64,000 bases of DNA, from assembly GCA_028284225.1 (NCBI GenBank), contig JANQSD010000022.1:163777-227776 (forward strand). The letters are read 5' to 3'. The notes under the pieces were generated by a model. It searched no databases. It was not told the origin of the DNA and saw only the letters and a list, made by a program, of their open reading frames with translations. The first letter of the stretch is position 1. Every line of letters starts with the position of its first letter. This document shows positions 27,971 to 36,838 of the stretch, in pieces. Origin of the DNA: Arenicellales bacterium. Its GTDB lineage: Bacteria > Pseudomonadota > Gammaproteobacteria > Arenicellales > JAHEKD01. The position numbers were made by a program, and so were the translations under genes.

Positions 27971-29548
27971 ATGGCTGAGTATTTAGCGCCGGGTGTCTAT
28001 GTCGAGGAGATTCCGTCCGGAGCAATACCGATTGTCGGGGGGAGTACAAGCACAGCCGGATTTGTAGGGCCAGCTGAACGCGGCCCTGAGTGCCCTGAAT
28101 TCATCGCTAGCTGGCTTGACTATAAGCGCATTTACGGCGGATACATACCCGATCAATCTTACCTGGCCTATGCCGTAGAGGGGTTTTTTATAAATGGCGG
28201 ACAGCGTTGTTTTGTAAGCCGTGTGGTTGCTAAAGATGCTAAAAGAGCACAACTTGTACTAGGCGATTCATTGACAATTGGCGCGATTGGAAGAGGTGAA
28301 ACCGGAAAAGATATTTCTATTTCAGTATCATCCGCATCTCAGCCCAATTTACAAAAAATTACTGTTTACTATAAAGAAGAAGTAGAAGTCTTTGACGATT
28401 TGACCCACGAGCAAGGAGTAAACAATAACGTAGCTACTGTCATCAATAATTCCTCGAACTTGATTCGGGCATGGTGGAGTGGTGAACCTGCGAAGTTACC
28501 GCAAAACAATCCGGACCCAGATAACCCTGGAGAGTTTCAAGCCACGACATTAGACGGTGAAGAGTTGGACGGAACAATGGCGGTAGATTTGCAGGCGTTC
28601 GTTGGTTATGAAACAGCTGTGCCTTTAGCTATGAATGTAGACACACAAACTGTAGCAACTAACGCTACCGTAACACAGACCGCAGTTCCAAATGGATTAT
28701 TTGGTCGTTCAAGTGGTTTAAAAGGATTGGCACTGATCGACGAAATATCAGTACTTGCTGTGCCGGATGAAGTAGATAGCAGTAGATTTCCAGACAGAGG
28801 TTTAACCCAAAAAGTGATAGAGCAATGTGAGGCTTTAAAAGACCGCTTCGCCATTGTTTCATCTGACCAAACTGATGTAGATAATGTCAACAAATTGCAG
28901 CCGCCGATTGATACCAGTTATGCAGGTTTTTACTTTCCCTGGATAAAGATTTTTGATTCCTCAATTAATAGTACCCGTCTAGTTCCTTCAAGCGGTCATA
29001 TTGCCGGTATTTTTGCCCGAACTGATATTGAGCGTGGTGTGCATAAAGCACCTGCCAATGAAGTTGTGCACGGGGCCGTTGATTTGCAAATTCCAATAAC
29101 CAAAACAATGCAGGATGTGCTTAATCCTAAACATGTCAATTGTATGCGTGACTTTCGAGCAGATGGGCGAGGCTTGCGCCTGTGGGGTGCACGCACTATG
29201 TCGAGTGACCCTGAATGGAAATATGTCAATGTCCGCCGTCTTTTTATGTTTATAGAAGAATCAATTGATGAAGGGACGCAATGGGTGGTATTTGAACCCA
29301 ATAGTGAAACCACCTGGGCAAAAGTCAGTCAGGCTATTGCTAACTTCTTGACTACAGTTTGGCGCAGTGGCGCACTGATGGGAATGACTGTTGATGAAGC
29401 CTTTTTTGTTCGTTGTGACCGCACAACCATGACACAAAATGATATTGATAACGGTCGGTTAATTTGTGTAATCGGCGTTGCGCCCGTCAGACCGGCTGAA
29501 TTTGTGATTTTCAGAATTGGCCAAAAAACGGCCGATGCATCAACATAA
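27971..29548 (+). CDS. Contractile-tail sheath family protein (phage/eCIS type), full length, 525 aa
   Basis: MAEYLAPGVYVEEIPSG...STAGFVG N-terminus and GRLICVIGVAPVRPAEFVIFRIGQ C-terminus. GGAGG RBS 5 nt upstream of ATG 27971. Confidence 0.85.
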   Translation: MAEYLAPGVYVEEIPSGAIPIVGGSTSTAGFVGPAERGPECPEFIASWLDYKRIYGGYIPDQSYLAYAVEGFFINGGQRCFVSRVVAKDAKRAQLVLGDSLTIGAIGRGETGKDISISVSSASQPNLQKITVYYKEEVEVFDDLTHEQGVNNNVATVINNSSNLIRAWWSGEPAKLPQNNPDPDNPGEFQATTLDGEELDGTMAVDLQAFVGYETAVPLAMNVDTQTVATNATVTQTAVPNGLFGRSSGLKGLALIDEISVLAVPDEVDSSRFPDRGLTQKVIEQCEALKDRFAIVSSDQTDVDNVNKLQPPIDTSYAGFYFPWIKIFDSSINSTRLVPSSGHIAGIFARTDIERGVHKAPANEVVHGAVDLQIPITKTMQDVLNPKHVNCMRDFRADGRGLRLWGARTMSSDPEWKYVNVRRLFMFIEESIDEGTQWVVFEPNSETTWAKVSQAIANFLTTVWRSGALMGMTVDEAFFVRCDRTTMTQNDIDNGRLICVIGVAPVRPAEFVIFRIGQKTADAST

Positions 29549-29609
29549 AAGCAGGAGTAGATGAAGTTCACTAACATCACGCTGAAGCGTATTGTGAACG
29601 TGATCGAAG

Positions 29610-29694
29610 CTAATTTGAATTGCCGAACTCTGAATCATTGCCCGTCCTTTGGAAGAGGAGAATTGTTCCTCCCCCTAACTCCTGATTTTTATAG
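29610..29694. repeat. B-family repeat fragment (right-end module)
   Basis: CTAATTTGAATTGCCGAACTCTGAATCATT matches CTAATCTGAATTGCCACACTGCGAATCATT (14113..14142) at about 25 of 30 positions. It is followed by a CCTCCCCCTAACTCC end module, and TCATTGCCCGTCC is shared with 19699..19711. Confidence 0.5.
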
Positions 29695-29805
29695 GATTTC
29701 GCTAATTCCAGTTCAGTAGTCAAAAAGGCATTGACTATGCTGTAGCAATGTTGCTTTTCGATACGGCATTCATTATCTTGTTTTTATACAACACTGTGGA
29801 TAATC

Positions 29806-31236
29806 ATGGATTACAAATTAGAGCTCACCGACCAACAAATGCGCGACTATGGCTATAAGGTTGTTGATCATATTGTCGAGCATTTTGACAGCTTGCCTCA
29901 TAAATCGCCTGTTTGTTTAGAGACACGTGAACAAATGGAAAGCCTTCTATATGAGGAAGTTCCTTTAAAACCTAGTGACACTGAGGAAGTTCTGGCGCAT
30001 GTGGTCGGGAATATCATGAGTAACTGCGGCCTTAACTCACATCCCAAATCATATTCCTTCGTACCGGGTCCGAGTAACTTTATTGGTGCCATGGCAGATG
30101 CGCTTGCTTCCGCGTTTAACACTTTTTCAGGCAGTTGGATGATATCACCTGCAGCGGCTGAAGTGGAAATCATAATGATTAACTGGCTGCTGGAGATGTT
30201 TGGTCTACCTGTCAAAAAAGGAGGAGGGTTGTTTACCAGCGGTGGGTCTTTAGCCAATTTAACAGCATTAGTAACGGCCCGGCGTATTAAATGTGGAGAA
30301 GATTTTTCAGATGCCTGTGTTTATCTGTCTGATCAGGCACATTCCTCTAACATCAAGGCCTTAAATATTCTCGGTTTTAAAAAACAACAAATTCGAATTA
30401 TTCCGACCGATTTAGAATTCCAGATTTCATTGAATAAGCTGAAAAATGCCATCGCTATTGACAAATTAAACAACCGGCAACCTCTTTGTATGATTGCTTC
30501 TGCCGGAACAACTAACACGGGTACTATCGATCCATTAGCGCAACTTGCAAGTATGTGTAAAAAGGAAAATATTTGGCTACATGTTGATGCCGCTTATGGT
30601 GGTGGCGCTATTTTATCGAAGACTGCGAAGCAGCAGTTGAAGGGTATAGAAAAGGCGGATTCCATAACAGTCGATCCACACAAATGGTTTTATCAACCCT
30701 ATGAAATAGGTTGTTTATTGGTGAGAGATCATCGCTGGTTAACGCAGACGTTTACCGAAAAACCGGAATATTTACGTGATGTAGAGGGTAATCAATCAGA
30801 AATTAATTTTTTTGATCATGGTGTGCAATTGACTCGCAGCTTTAAGGCCTTAAAGTTTTATATGTCTATTAAAACCTTCGGTTTGGACGCTTTTAAACAA
30901 GCGGTTGATTACAACATCGATTTAGCTGAGAAGGTTGAACATAAACTGCGGGCCAGTAATAAATGGGAGATTATTTCACCGGCTACTTTAGCGGTGATTA
31001 ACTTTCGCTATAATCCACTTGATAAAAACTATCCAGATGCAATCCTTGATCGTCTTAATCAGTCAATTTCAAAGCAAATTATTGAAAGTGGTGAAGCATT
31101 GCTAACAACCACGGTTTTACAAAACCAGGTGGTTTTGCGCATGTGCCTGATTAACCCCCGAACTACATTTGAACATGTTACCGAAACACTTGATATGTGT
31201 GAAAAGATTGGAGAGGACACCGAGAGTAATATGTAA
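29806..31236 (+). CDS. Group II PLP-dependent amino-acid decarboxylase
   Basis: HPKSYSFVPGP, SGGSLANLTAL and DPHKWFYQPYEIG (PLP-Lys context). Confidence 0.8.
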   Translation: MDYKLELTDQQMRDYGYKVVDHIVEHFDSLPHKSPVCLETREQMESLLYEEVPLKPSDTEEVLAHVVGNIMSNCGLNSHPKSYSFVPGPSNFIGAMADALASAFNTFSGSWMISPAAAEVEIIMINWLLEMFGLPVKKGGGLFTSGGSLANLTALVTARRIKCGEDFSDACVYLSDQAHSSNIKALNILGFKKQQIRIIPTDLEFQISLNKLKNAIAIDKLNNRQPLCMIASAGTTNTGTIDPLAQLASMCKKENIWLHVDAAYGGGAILSKTAKQQLKGIEKADSITVDPHKWFYQPYEIGCLLVRDHRWLTQTFTEKPEYLRDVEGNQSEINFFDHGVQLTRSFKALKFYMSIKTFGLDAFKQAVDYNIDLAEKVEHKLRASNKWEIISPATLAVINFRYNPLDKNYPDAILDRLNQSISKQIIESGEALLTTTVLQNQVVLRMCLINPRTTFEHVTETLDMCEKIGEDTESNM

Positions 31237-31297
31237 CGCCGCTGGTAGATTTATTAAACCTTTTGAAGTTGATATTTTATAGGAATAAGCAGCAAGC

Positions 31298-31687
31298 ATG
31301 AAAATTTACGTAACAAGTATTTTTGTAGATGACCAAGCTAAAGCCTTAGATTTCTACACTAGCAAACTAGGTTTTAAAAAGAAAACAGATATTCCTTTAG
31401 GAGAGTATCGTTGGCTTACAGTGGTTGCACCGGATCAACCTAACGGCGTTGAACTGCTGCTTGAACCAAGTGCACACAGCGCGGTACCACCGTTCAAACA
31501 GGCCTTAAAGAAAGATGGCATCCCTTTCGCATCATTCGAGGTAGACAATATCGAGAACGAATTTAATCGTCTTCAATCGCTGAACGTTGAATTCATTCAA
31601 GATCCAACGCCCGCAGGTGAAGTCATAACAGCTGTAATAGATGATACATGCGGAAATCTTATCCAGATCATTCAGAGAGTCGCGTAG
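31298..31687 (+). CDS. VOC (glyoxalase/bleomycin-resistance/dioxygenase) family protein
   Basis: 129 aa with a typical beta-alpha-beta-beta-beta module start: MKIYVTSIFVDDQAKALDFYTSKLGF. Confidence 0.7.
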   Translation: MKIYVTSIFVDDQAKALDFYTSKLGFKKKTDIPLGEYRWLTVVAPDQPNGVELLLEPSAHSAVPPFKQALKKDGIPFASFEVDNIENEFNRLQSLNVEFIQDPTPAGEVITAVIDDTCGNLIQIIQRVA

Positions 31688-31879
31688 TGCCGCACAACAA
31701 GGCGCTGTAACTGACCTCCGACGGCTGAGCTCCAAACATTAAACGTCTGTTTTGGGCAACTCTCAGCTATACGGTGTACGTCGATATCCAGCCTTAGTTC
31801 AAAATTGTCAGATCAAGTTTAGGCTTGCAAAAATTAGATGTAATAGGTGTTATCATTTTTACATTTGTAGATATGTTTA

Positions 31880-32075
31880 CCCCCTCTAACTCCCCCTGGA
31901 AGGGGGAGAGCTGTATGGTTCTCGGGTTTTAACTTTGAGTTATAGCATGTTTAGATTACTTCTATTTCGCTTCAGGCCATTCCCTCTAACTCCCCTTGGA
32001 AGGGGGGGAACTAGTTCCTCCCCTATCAGGGGAGGATAGGTGGGGTTCTTTATCAACGCCTGTTTCATTTCACTC
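31880..32075. repeat. Cluster of B-family hairpin modules
   Basis: CCCCCTCTAACTCCCCCTGGAAGGGGGAGAG (31880), CCCTCTAACTCCCCTTGGAAGGGGGGG (31982), TTCCTCCCCTATCAGGGGAGGATAGGTGGGG (32015; compare 19529..19559), then GTTTCATTTCAC. Confidence 0.5.
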
Positions 32076-32184
32076 TCAATGGAAGCAAATGGGCATCTCA
32101 GAAGTAAGTATATTGGTTTGGATGTAATCACCCAGGCGTTTAAAATGCGCTGTAATAACTCATTTTTCCGAAGAAGGATTTGAC

Positions 32185-33594
32185 ATGACGCCTGAAGAAT
32201 TTCGTGTTGCCGGTCATCAACTCATCGATTGGATTGCCGATTATCGGCAAAAAATACCAGAGAAGCCGGTCCGCGCAGCCGTTAAACCGGGAGAGGTTCG
32301 TGGTGGGTTTTCTACCAATCCGCCGCAAGGCAAAGTCGAGTTCTCACAATTGCTTGAGCAGCTTGATGAAAAAGTGGTGCCGGGTGTTACCCAGGTTCAG
32401 CATCCCATGCATTATGGCTGGTTTCCGTCTAACGCTTCATTGTCTTCTGTGTTGGGCGACATCGCCAGTTCGGGAATGGGAACGCTGGGTATTTCCTGGG
32501 AAAGCTGTCCGGCGCTGACTGAAGTAGAGCAAGTCATGTGTGACTGGCTACGGCAATTAGTCGGATTAAGCGATCAGTGGCAAGGCACGATTACAGACAC
32601 CGCTTCGACGACCTGCACCACAGTGATGTTGGCTGCCCGCGAGAAGTATAGTCATTACAGCCAGAATCGTGGAGGGTTACAAAGTGAAGGTTCGCCCGTG
32701 GTGGCTTACTCGACGCAGGAAGCCCATTCATCGGTTCAAAAAGCAGCTCTGCTTGCCGGGTACGGTCAGGATAATTTGCGCATGATCGCCATGGATGATT
32801 TTACTCGTTCTATGAATATGCAAGCGCTCGAGCAAGCGATTAAGAAAGATATTGATCAAGGTAAAACACCGGCGATTATTGTGGCCTCAGTGGGTTCAAC
32901 CGGGATTACAGCAATTGATCCAGTAAAAGAAATTGTCCAAATCGCACAAAAATATAATATTTGGGTGCATGTGGATGCCGCTATGGCAGGTTCGGCGATG
33001 TTGTTGCCCGAATGTCGATGGATGTGGGAAGGTGTGGAACAGGCCCATTCGATCAGTTGGAATCCACACAAATGGATGGGTACGATTTTGGATTGTTCAT
33101 TATTGTTTTTGCGCGAACCACAAGATTTGATTCGGGCAATGTCAACTAATCCAAGCTATTTACAATCCAGTGCGGATGGACAGGTGGTTCAATACCGCGA
33201 CTGGGGGATACCATTGGGGCGTCGATTCAGAGCACTAAAAATCTGGTTTCATTTACAACTTGACGGCATTGAAGCGATTCAGGCCCGTTTGCGCAGGGAT
33301 TTAACCAATGCCAAGTGGTTTGCCGAGCAGGTTGAATCTGCACCGGGTTGGGAAGTACTGGCGCCGGTTAATCTGCAAACTGTCTGCATACGTTATGTGC
33401 CAGAAGGTATGGACCAAGAGCAATGTAATGAGCACAACCTAAAGTGGGTGAACGCTATTAACCAATCTGGCCAGGCATTTTTATCACCTTCTAAATTAGA
33501 TGATACCTGGATGGTTCGAGTGTCTATTGGTGTTGAATCAACCGAGCGCAATGATATACAAGCCCTATGGCGGCTGATACAGCAACAAATCTAG
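32185..33594 (+). CDS. Aromatic-L-amino-acid decarboxylase-like group II PLP decarboxylase
   Basis: MTPEEFRVAGHQLIDWIADY, HPMHYGWFPS and NPHKWMGTILDCS (PLP-Lys context), all DDC-like. Confidence 0.85.
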   Translation: MTPEEFRVAGHQLIDWIADYRQKIPEKPVRAAVKPGEVRGGFSTNPPQGKVEFSQLLEQLDEKVVPGVTQVQHPMHYGWFPSNASLSSVLGDIASSGMGTLGISWESCPALTEVEQVMCDWLRQLVGLSDQWQGTITDTASTTCTTVMLAAREKYSHYSQNRGGLQSEGSPVVAYSTQEAHSSVQKAALLAGYGQDNLRMIAMDDFTRSMNMQALEQAIKKDIDQGKTPAIIVASVGSTGITAIDPVKEIVQIAQKYNIWVHVDAAMAGSAMLLPECRWMWEGVEQAHSISWNPHKWMGTILDCSLLFLREPQDLIRAMSTNPSYLQSSADGQVVQYRDWGIPLGRRFRALKIWFHLQLDGIEAIQARLRRDLTNAKWFAEQVESAPGWEVLAPVNLQTVCIRYVPEGMDQEQCNEHNLKWVNAINQSGQAFLSPSKLDDTWMVRVSIGVESTERNDIQALWRLIQQQI

Positions 33595-34787
33595 TCTAAA
33601 ACAGATGCAAAAGCGTCGGAAATATAGTCCAGGTTACCGCTGCAAATTCCGGCTACATTAATTCGGCCATCACCAGCCATGTAAATGCCATAGTTGTCTT
33701 TGATACTGGCAACCATCTCAGGTGTGAATCCTGTATAGGAAAACATACCTTTTTGATTAGTTAAGAAGGACAAATCTTCTTTAATGCCTCGTTGCTCAAG
33801 TTCGGATCTGAGCGCTGAACGCATAGCTGAAATTCGACTTCGCATTTCATCAAGTTCTGCTTTCCACTCGGCTGTCATTTGTGAATCATTCAGAACCGTT
33901 GCAACAACACGAGCGCCGTGACTGGGCGGCATGGAATAATTTGATCGAATCACGGTTTTTACAGCATTAAATGTGTTTGTAACTTGCTCAGCCGACTCGC
34001 ACACGAAACTCAAGGCACCGGTGCGTTCACGATAAATACCGAAGTTCTTGGAAAACGAGTTAGCAATCAGCAATTCAGGTAAGTTCTCGGTCATATGCCG
34101 TAACCCGGCAACGTCTGCATCCATGCCATCGCCGAGGCCTTGATAAGCACAGTCAACCAGCGGAAACAATTGACGTTCCCGGACAAAATCGGTTAATTGT
34201 TGCCATTGATCCAGGGTTAAATCAACCCCGGTAGGATTGTGACAACAGGCGTGCAAAAGGATGACTTCGCCAGCTTTAGAATGCTCATCTAAATGAGTCA
34301 TCATGCCGTCAAAGTCCAGACTGCGATCAGCGGAGCGAAAATAAGGATATTGATCAACAGTCAAGCGAGCATCTGTTGCAACCGGGATATGATTAGCCCA
34401 GGTGGGTGTACTGACCCAGATTTTAATTGCCGGTTTTAAATAATTTAATAGATCACAGGCGACTTTAAGTGCGCCGGTTCCTCCTGGAGTTTGCACACAA
34501 TCGATGCGATTTTGCTCGATCAGAGGGCTTTGCGAGCCCAATAAAATCGACGGGACAAGCGCACGAAATTCAGCATCTCCGGGAATGCCGACATAGTTTT
34601 TGGTTTTCTCAGATTCGAATAAATGATTCTCAGCTTGCTTAACTGCTCGCATAACCGGAACATCACCGTGATCATCTTTATAAACGCCCACCACAAGATC
34701 AACTTTTTGTTCTCTGGGATCGTTGCGGAATTTCTCCATCAGCGCTAACAAATTGTCTACGCCTCTAATTTTAATATCTTCGAACAT
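33591..34787 (-). CDS. Aspartate/aromatic amino acid aminotransferase (AspC/TyrB family)
   Basis: Aligns by eye along its whole length with E. coli AspC (GVYKDD.G..PV, QTPGGTGAL, CCHNPTG, SFSKNFG.YRER.G). Start moved to ATG 34787. Its stop overlaps the decarboxylase stop by 4 nt. Confidence 0.85.
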   Translation of the reverse strand: MFEDIKIRGVDNLLALMEKFRNDPREQKVDLVVGVYKDDHGDVPVMRAVKQAENHLFESEKTKNYVGIPGDAEFRALVPSILLGSQSPLIEQNRIDCVQTPGGTGALKVACDLLNYLKPAIKIWVSTPTWANHIPVATDARLTVDQYPYFRSADRSLDFDGMMTHLDEHSKAGEVILLHACCHNPTGVDLTLDQWQQLTDFVRERQLFPLVDCAYQGLGDGMDADVAGLRHMTENLPELLIANSFSKNFGIYRERTGALSFVCESAEQVTNTFNAVKTVIRSNYSMPPSHGARVVATVLNDSQMTAEWKAELDEMRSRISAMRSALRSELEQRGIKEDLSFLTNQKGMFSYTGFTPEMVASIKDNYGIYMAGDGRINVAGICSGNLDYISDAFASVLD

Positions 34788-34857
34788 GGTGCAACCGGCT
34801 TTGATTTGGATCATGATTAACTGGGGCAGTTAATCTAACATAAATTTAGTCTAAGCT

Positions 34858-34883
34858 GGATATCGGCGTTCGCCGGTATGACG
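34858..34883 (-). repeat. A-family hairpin repeat, reverse orientation (GGATATCGGCG-ttcg-CCGGTATGACG)
   Basis: Carries the conserved GGAT...ATGACG ends. A degenerate second copy lies at about 34907..34941. Confidence 0.5.
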
Positions 34884-35079
34884 TCTGTTGAACAACTATT
34901 TTGCCCGCATCATTCTGGCGAAACCTCACCACTTGGAATACAGTTTTTGCTATAGATAAGCTCAGATAGATTTTTCCGCGATAGTTGCAATGGCAAGATG
35001 AAAGCTTCCCTCACTGCTTAGCCTGTCCCACGAAGGTAGGGTAAGCTCAGATAGACGGTTAGTTCGTTCAAGACAAAAA

Positions 35080-36732
35080 TCAATCCGGCTTGCGAGTTTT
35101 GGCCGTCACCTCAGCTGGAAATTCATCTTCACTGTAAGCACCAATAAAGATGCCGACTTGTTCCGCGCCAATATCACGGTAATTAACAAGCTGTTGTTCC
35201 GACATAGTGGTTCTCTGTGAGGGCCGGCGTGCCCACTGTGATAGACGTTCTAAAAACATTTGCACAATATGTGCGTAGTCAGGATTATCGCCCAAATCAA
35301 CAAATTCCTGCGGGTCATTTTTTAGATCGAATAACAGCGGCCGGAAGCCACCATCAGCAAAAACAAATTTCCAGTTCTTATCGACCAGCATAAATAATCT
35401 TGCCTGTTTGGGATCAAGATTCAACGCATTGGCTTCAGGTGCAGCGGAATAATCATATTCACTGACAGCATAATCGCGCCAGTTAACAGATGACTCACCA
35501 TGTATTAAAGGCAATAACGAACGACCTTCGAGAATGTGTTTGGGAACCTCGCCTCCGGACATCTCTACAAATGTCGCCGTCAGGTCAATAGCTTCTATTA
35601 ATTCATTACAAATTGTGCCACGTGTCGCATCAGCCTCAGGTGACGGATCATAAATAATAAGCGGTACCCGTACCGAAGGGTCATGAAACAAATCTTTTTC
35701 ACCTAACCAGTGATCACCCAGATAATCACCGTGGTCTGAGGTCACCACGATGACGGTATCCTCTATATGTCCACTTTGTTCAAGCCAGGAGAATAACTTG
35801 CCCATCTGGTCATCGCATTGCTTAATAAGCCCCATATAGGCAGGTATGACTTTGTCCCGAACTTCCGGGCGACTGAATGTCTGGCCGATTTTATTATTCA
35901 TGAATTGCTCATAGACTGGGTGAGGATTTGTTCGTTCAGTTTCAGAGCGAACTACTGGCAGCATATGTTCTTGGCTATACATGTTGTGATAAGGGGCAGG
36001 CACGATGTAAGGCCAGTGCGGTTTGATATAACTGAGATGGCAAAGCCATGGGCATGAATCAGATTCATCCCGTTGTTTAATAAAATCGATGGCACGATCG
36101 GTCAGCCAAGGAGTTTCGCTGTCCTGCTCTTCAACATTGGCCGGTTTGTCGGAGTGTCGTAAAAACCAACCTGAGACTATGTTACCGTTATCATCAATAC
36201 CGGCGTTAGCATGATGCATCCAGGGATTATCTGTACTGTAGCCTTTGGAGTGCAAATATTCATTATATGGTGAATGCCTTTTATCATAAAATCCATCCGG
36301 ACCTTCACCCCATATTCCATCATCGCGAATGTAGGCATCAAAACCGCATTCACTAACGCGGGTACCGATAATTCCATCACGCGAGATACCCAGACGGTCT
36401 AAGCCTTCATCGTCTACCTGCATATGAGTTTTACCAATCAACCAGCAGTCCATACCGTTTTCACGCAGGTGATCACCCAGCGTCTGCTCACCCACCTTAA
36501 GTGGAAAATTGTTTGAAGAGGCGCCATGTGAATGGACATAACGGCCTGTATAAAAGCTCATTCTGGAGGGGCCGCAAAGTGGTGACTGAACATAACAATG
36601 AGAAAAGCGAATACCCTTATCAGCCAAATTGTCCAGGTTCGGTGTATGCAGATGAGGATGTCCGTAACAGCTTAGATAATCAAATCGTAACTGATCGAAC
36701 ATAATAAATAGAATATTTTTAGTTTTATTCAT
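35080..36732 (-). CDS. Type I sulfatase-family hydrolase (Cys-type, CxPxR), no signal peptide
   Basis: NILFIMFDQLRFD and SPLCGPSRMSFYTGRY (formylglycine motif). N-terminus MNKTKNILF has no leader. Confidence 0.8.
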   Translation of the reverse strand: MNKTKNILFIMFDQLRFDYLSCYGHPHLHTPNLDNLADKGIRFSHCYVQSPLCGPSRMSFYTGRYVHSHGASSNNFPLKVGEQTLGDHLRENGMDCWLIGKTHMQVDDEGLDRLGISRDGIIGTRVSECGFDAYIRDDGIWGEGPDGFYDKRHSPYNEYLHSKGYSTDNPWMHHANAGIDDNGNIVSGWFLRHSDKPANVEEQDSETPWLTDRAIDFIKQRDESDSCPWLCHLSYIKPHWPYIVPAPYHNMYSQEHMLPVVRSETERTNPHPVYEQFMNNKIGQTFSRPEVRDKVIPAYMGLIKQCDDQMGKLFSWLEQSGHIEDTVIVVTSDHGDYLGDHWLGEKDLFHDPSVRVPLIIYDPSPEADATRGTICNELIEAIDLTATFVEMSGGEVPKHILEGRSLLPLIHGESSVNWRDYAVSEYDYSAAPEANALNLDPKQARLFMLVDKNWKFVFADGGFRPLLFDLKNDPQEFVDLGDNPDYAHIVQMFLERLSQWARRPSQRTTMSEQQLVNYRDIGAEQVGIFIGAYSEDEFPAEVTAKTRKPD

Positions 36733-36838
36733 ACTTCACTGCTGTGCTGTTTAAATTGGGTGAACAGTTCGAAAAGGCTGGTGTCATGTCGGATGACAAT
36801 ATTGATGTTAATGGGACAGCATTGTTCATACTTATGTA

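Noticed and set aside
29561-29719. The 52-codon ORF after the sheath gene, considered as a tail-tube gene.
   Set aside because: I did not annotate it as a CDS. Two thirds of it is B-family repeat sequence. The KFTNITLKR resemblance to tube proteins is a single short motif in the wrong position. It is discussed under the sheath finding instead.
34957-35055. A 14-bp direct repeat TAAGCTCAGATAGA (34957..34970 and 35042..35055) upstream of the aminotransferase gene.
   Set aside because: The repeat is real in the sequence, but I cannot assign it a function. It does not match the TyrR-box consensus, and with only two copies it may be chance or part of a degenerate repeat.
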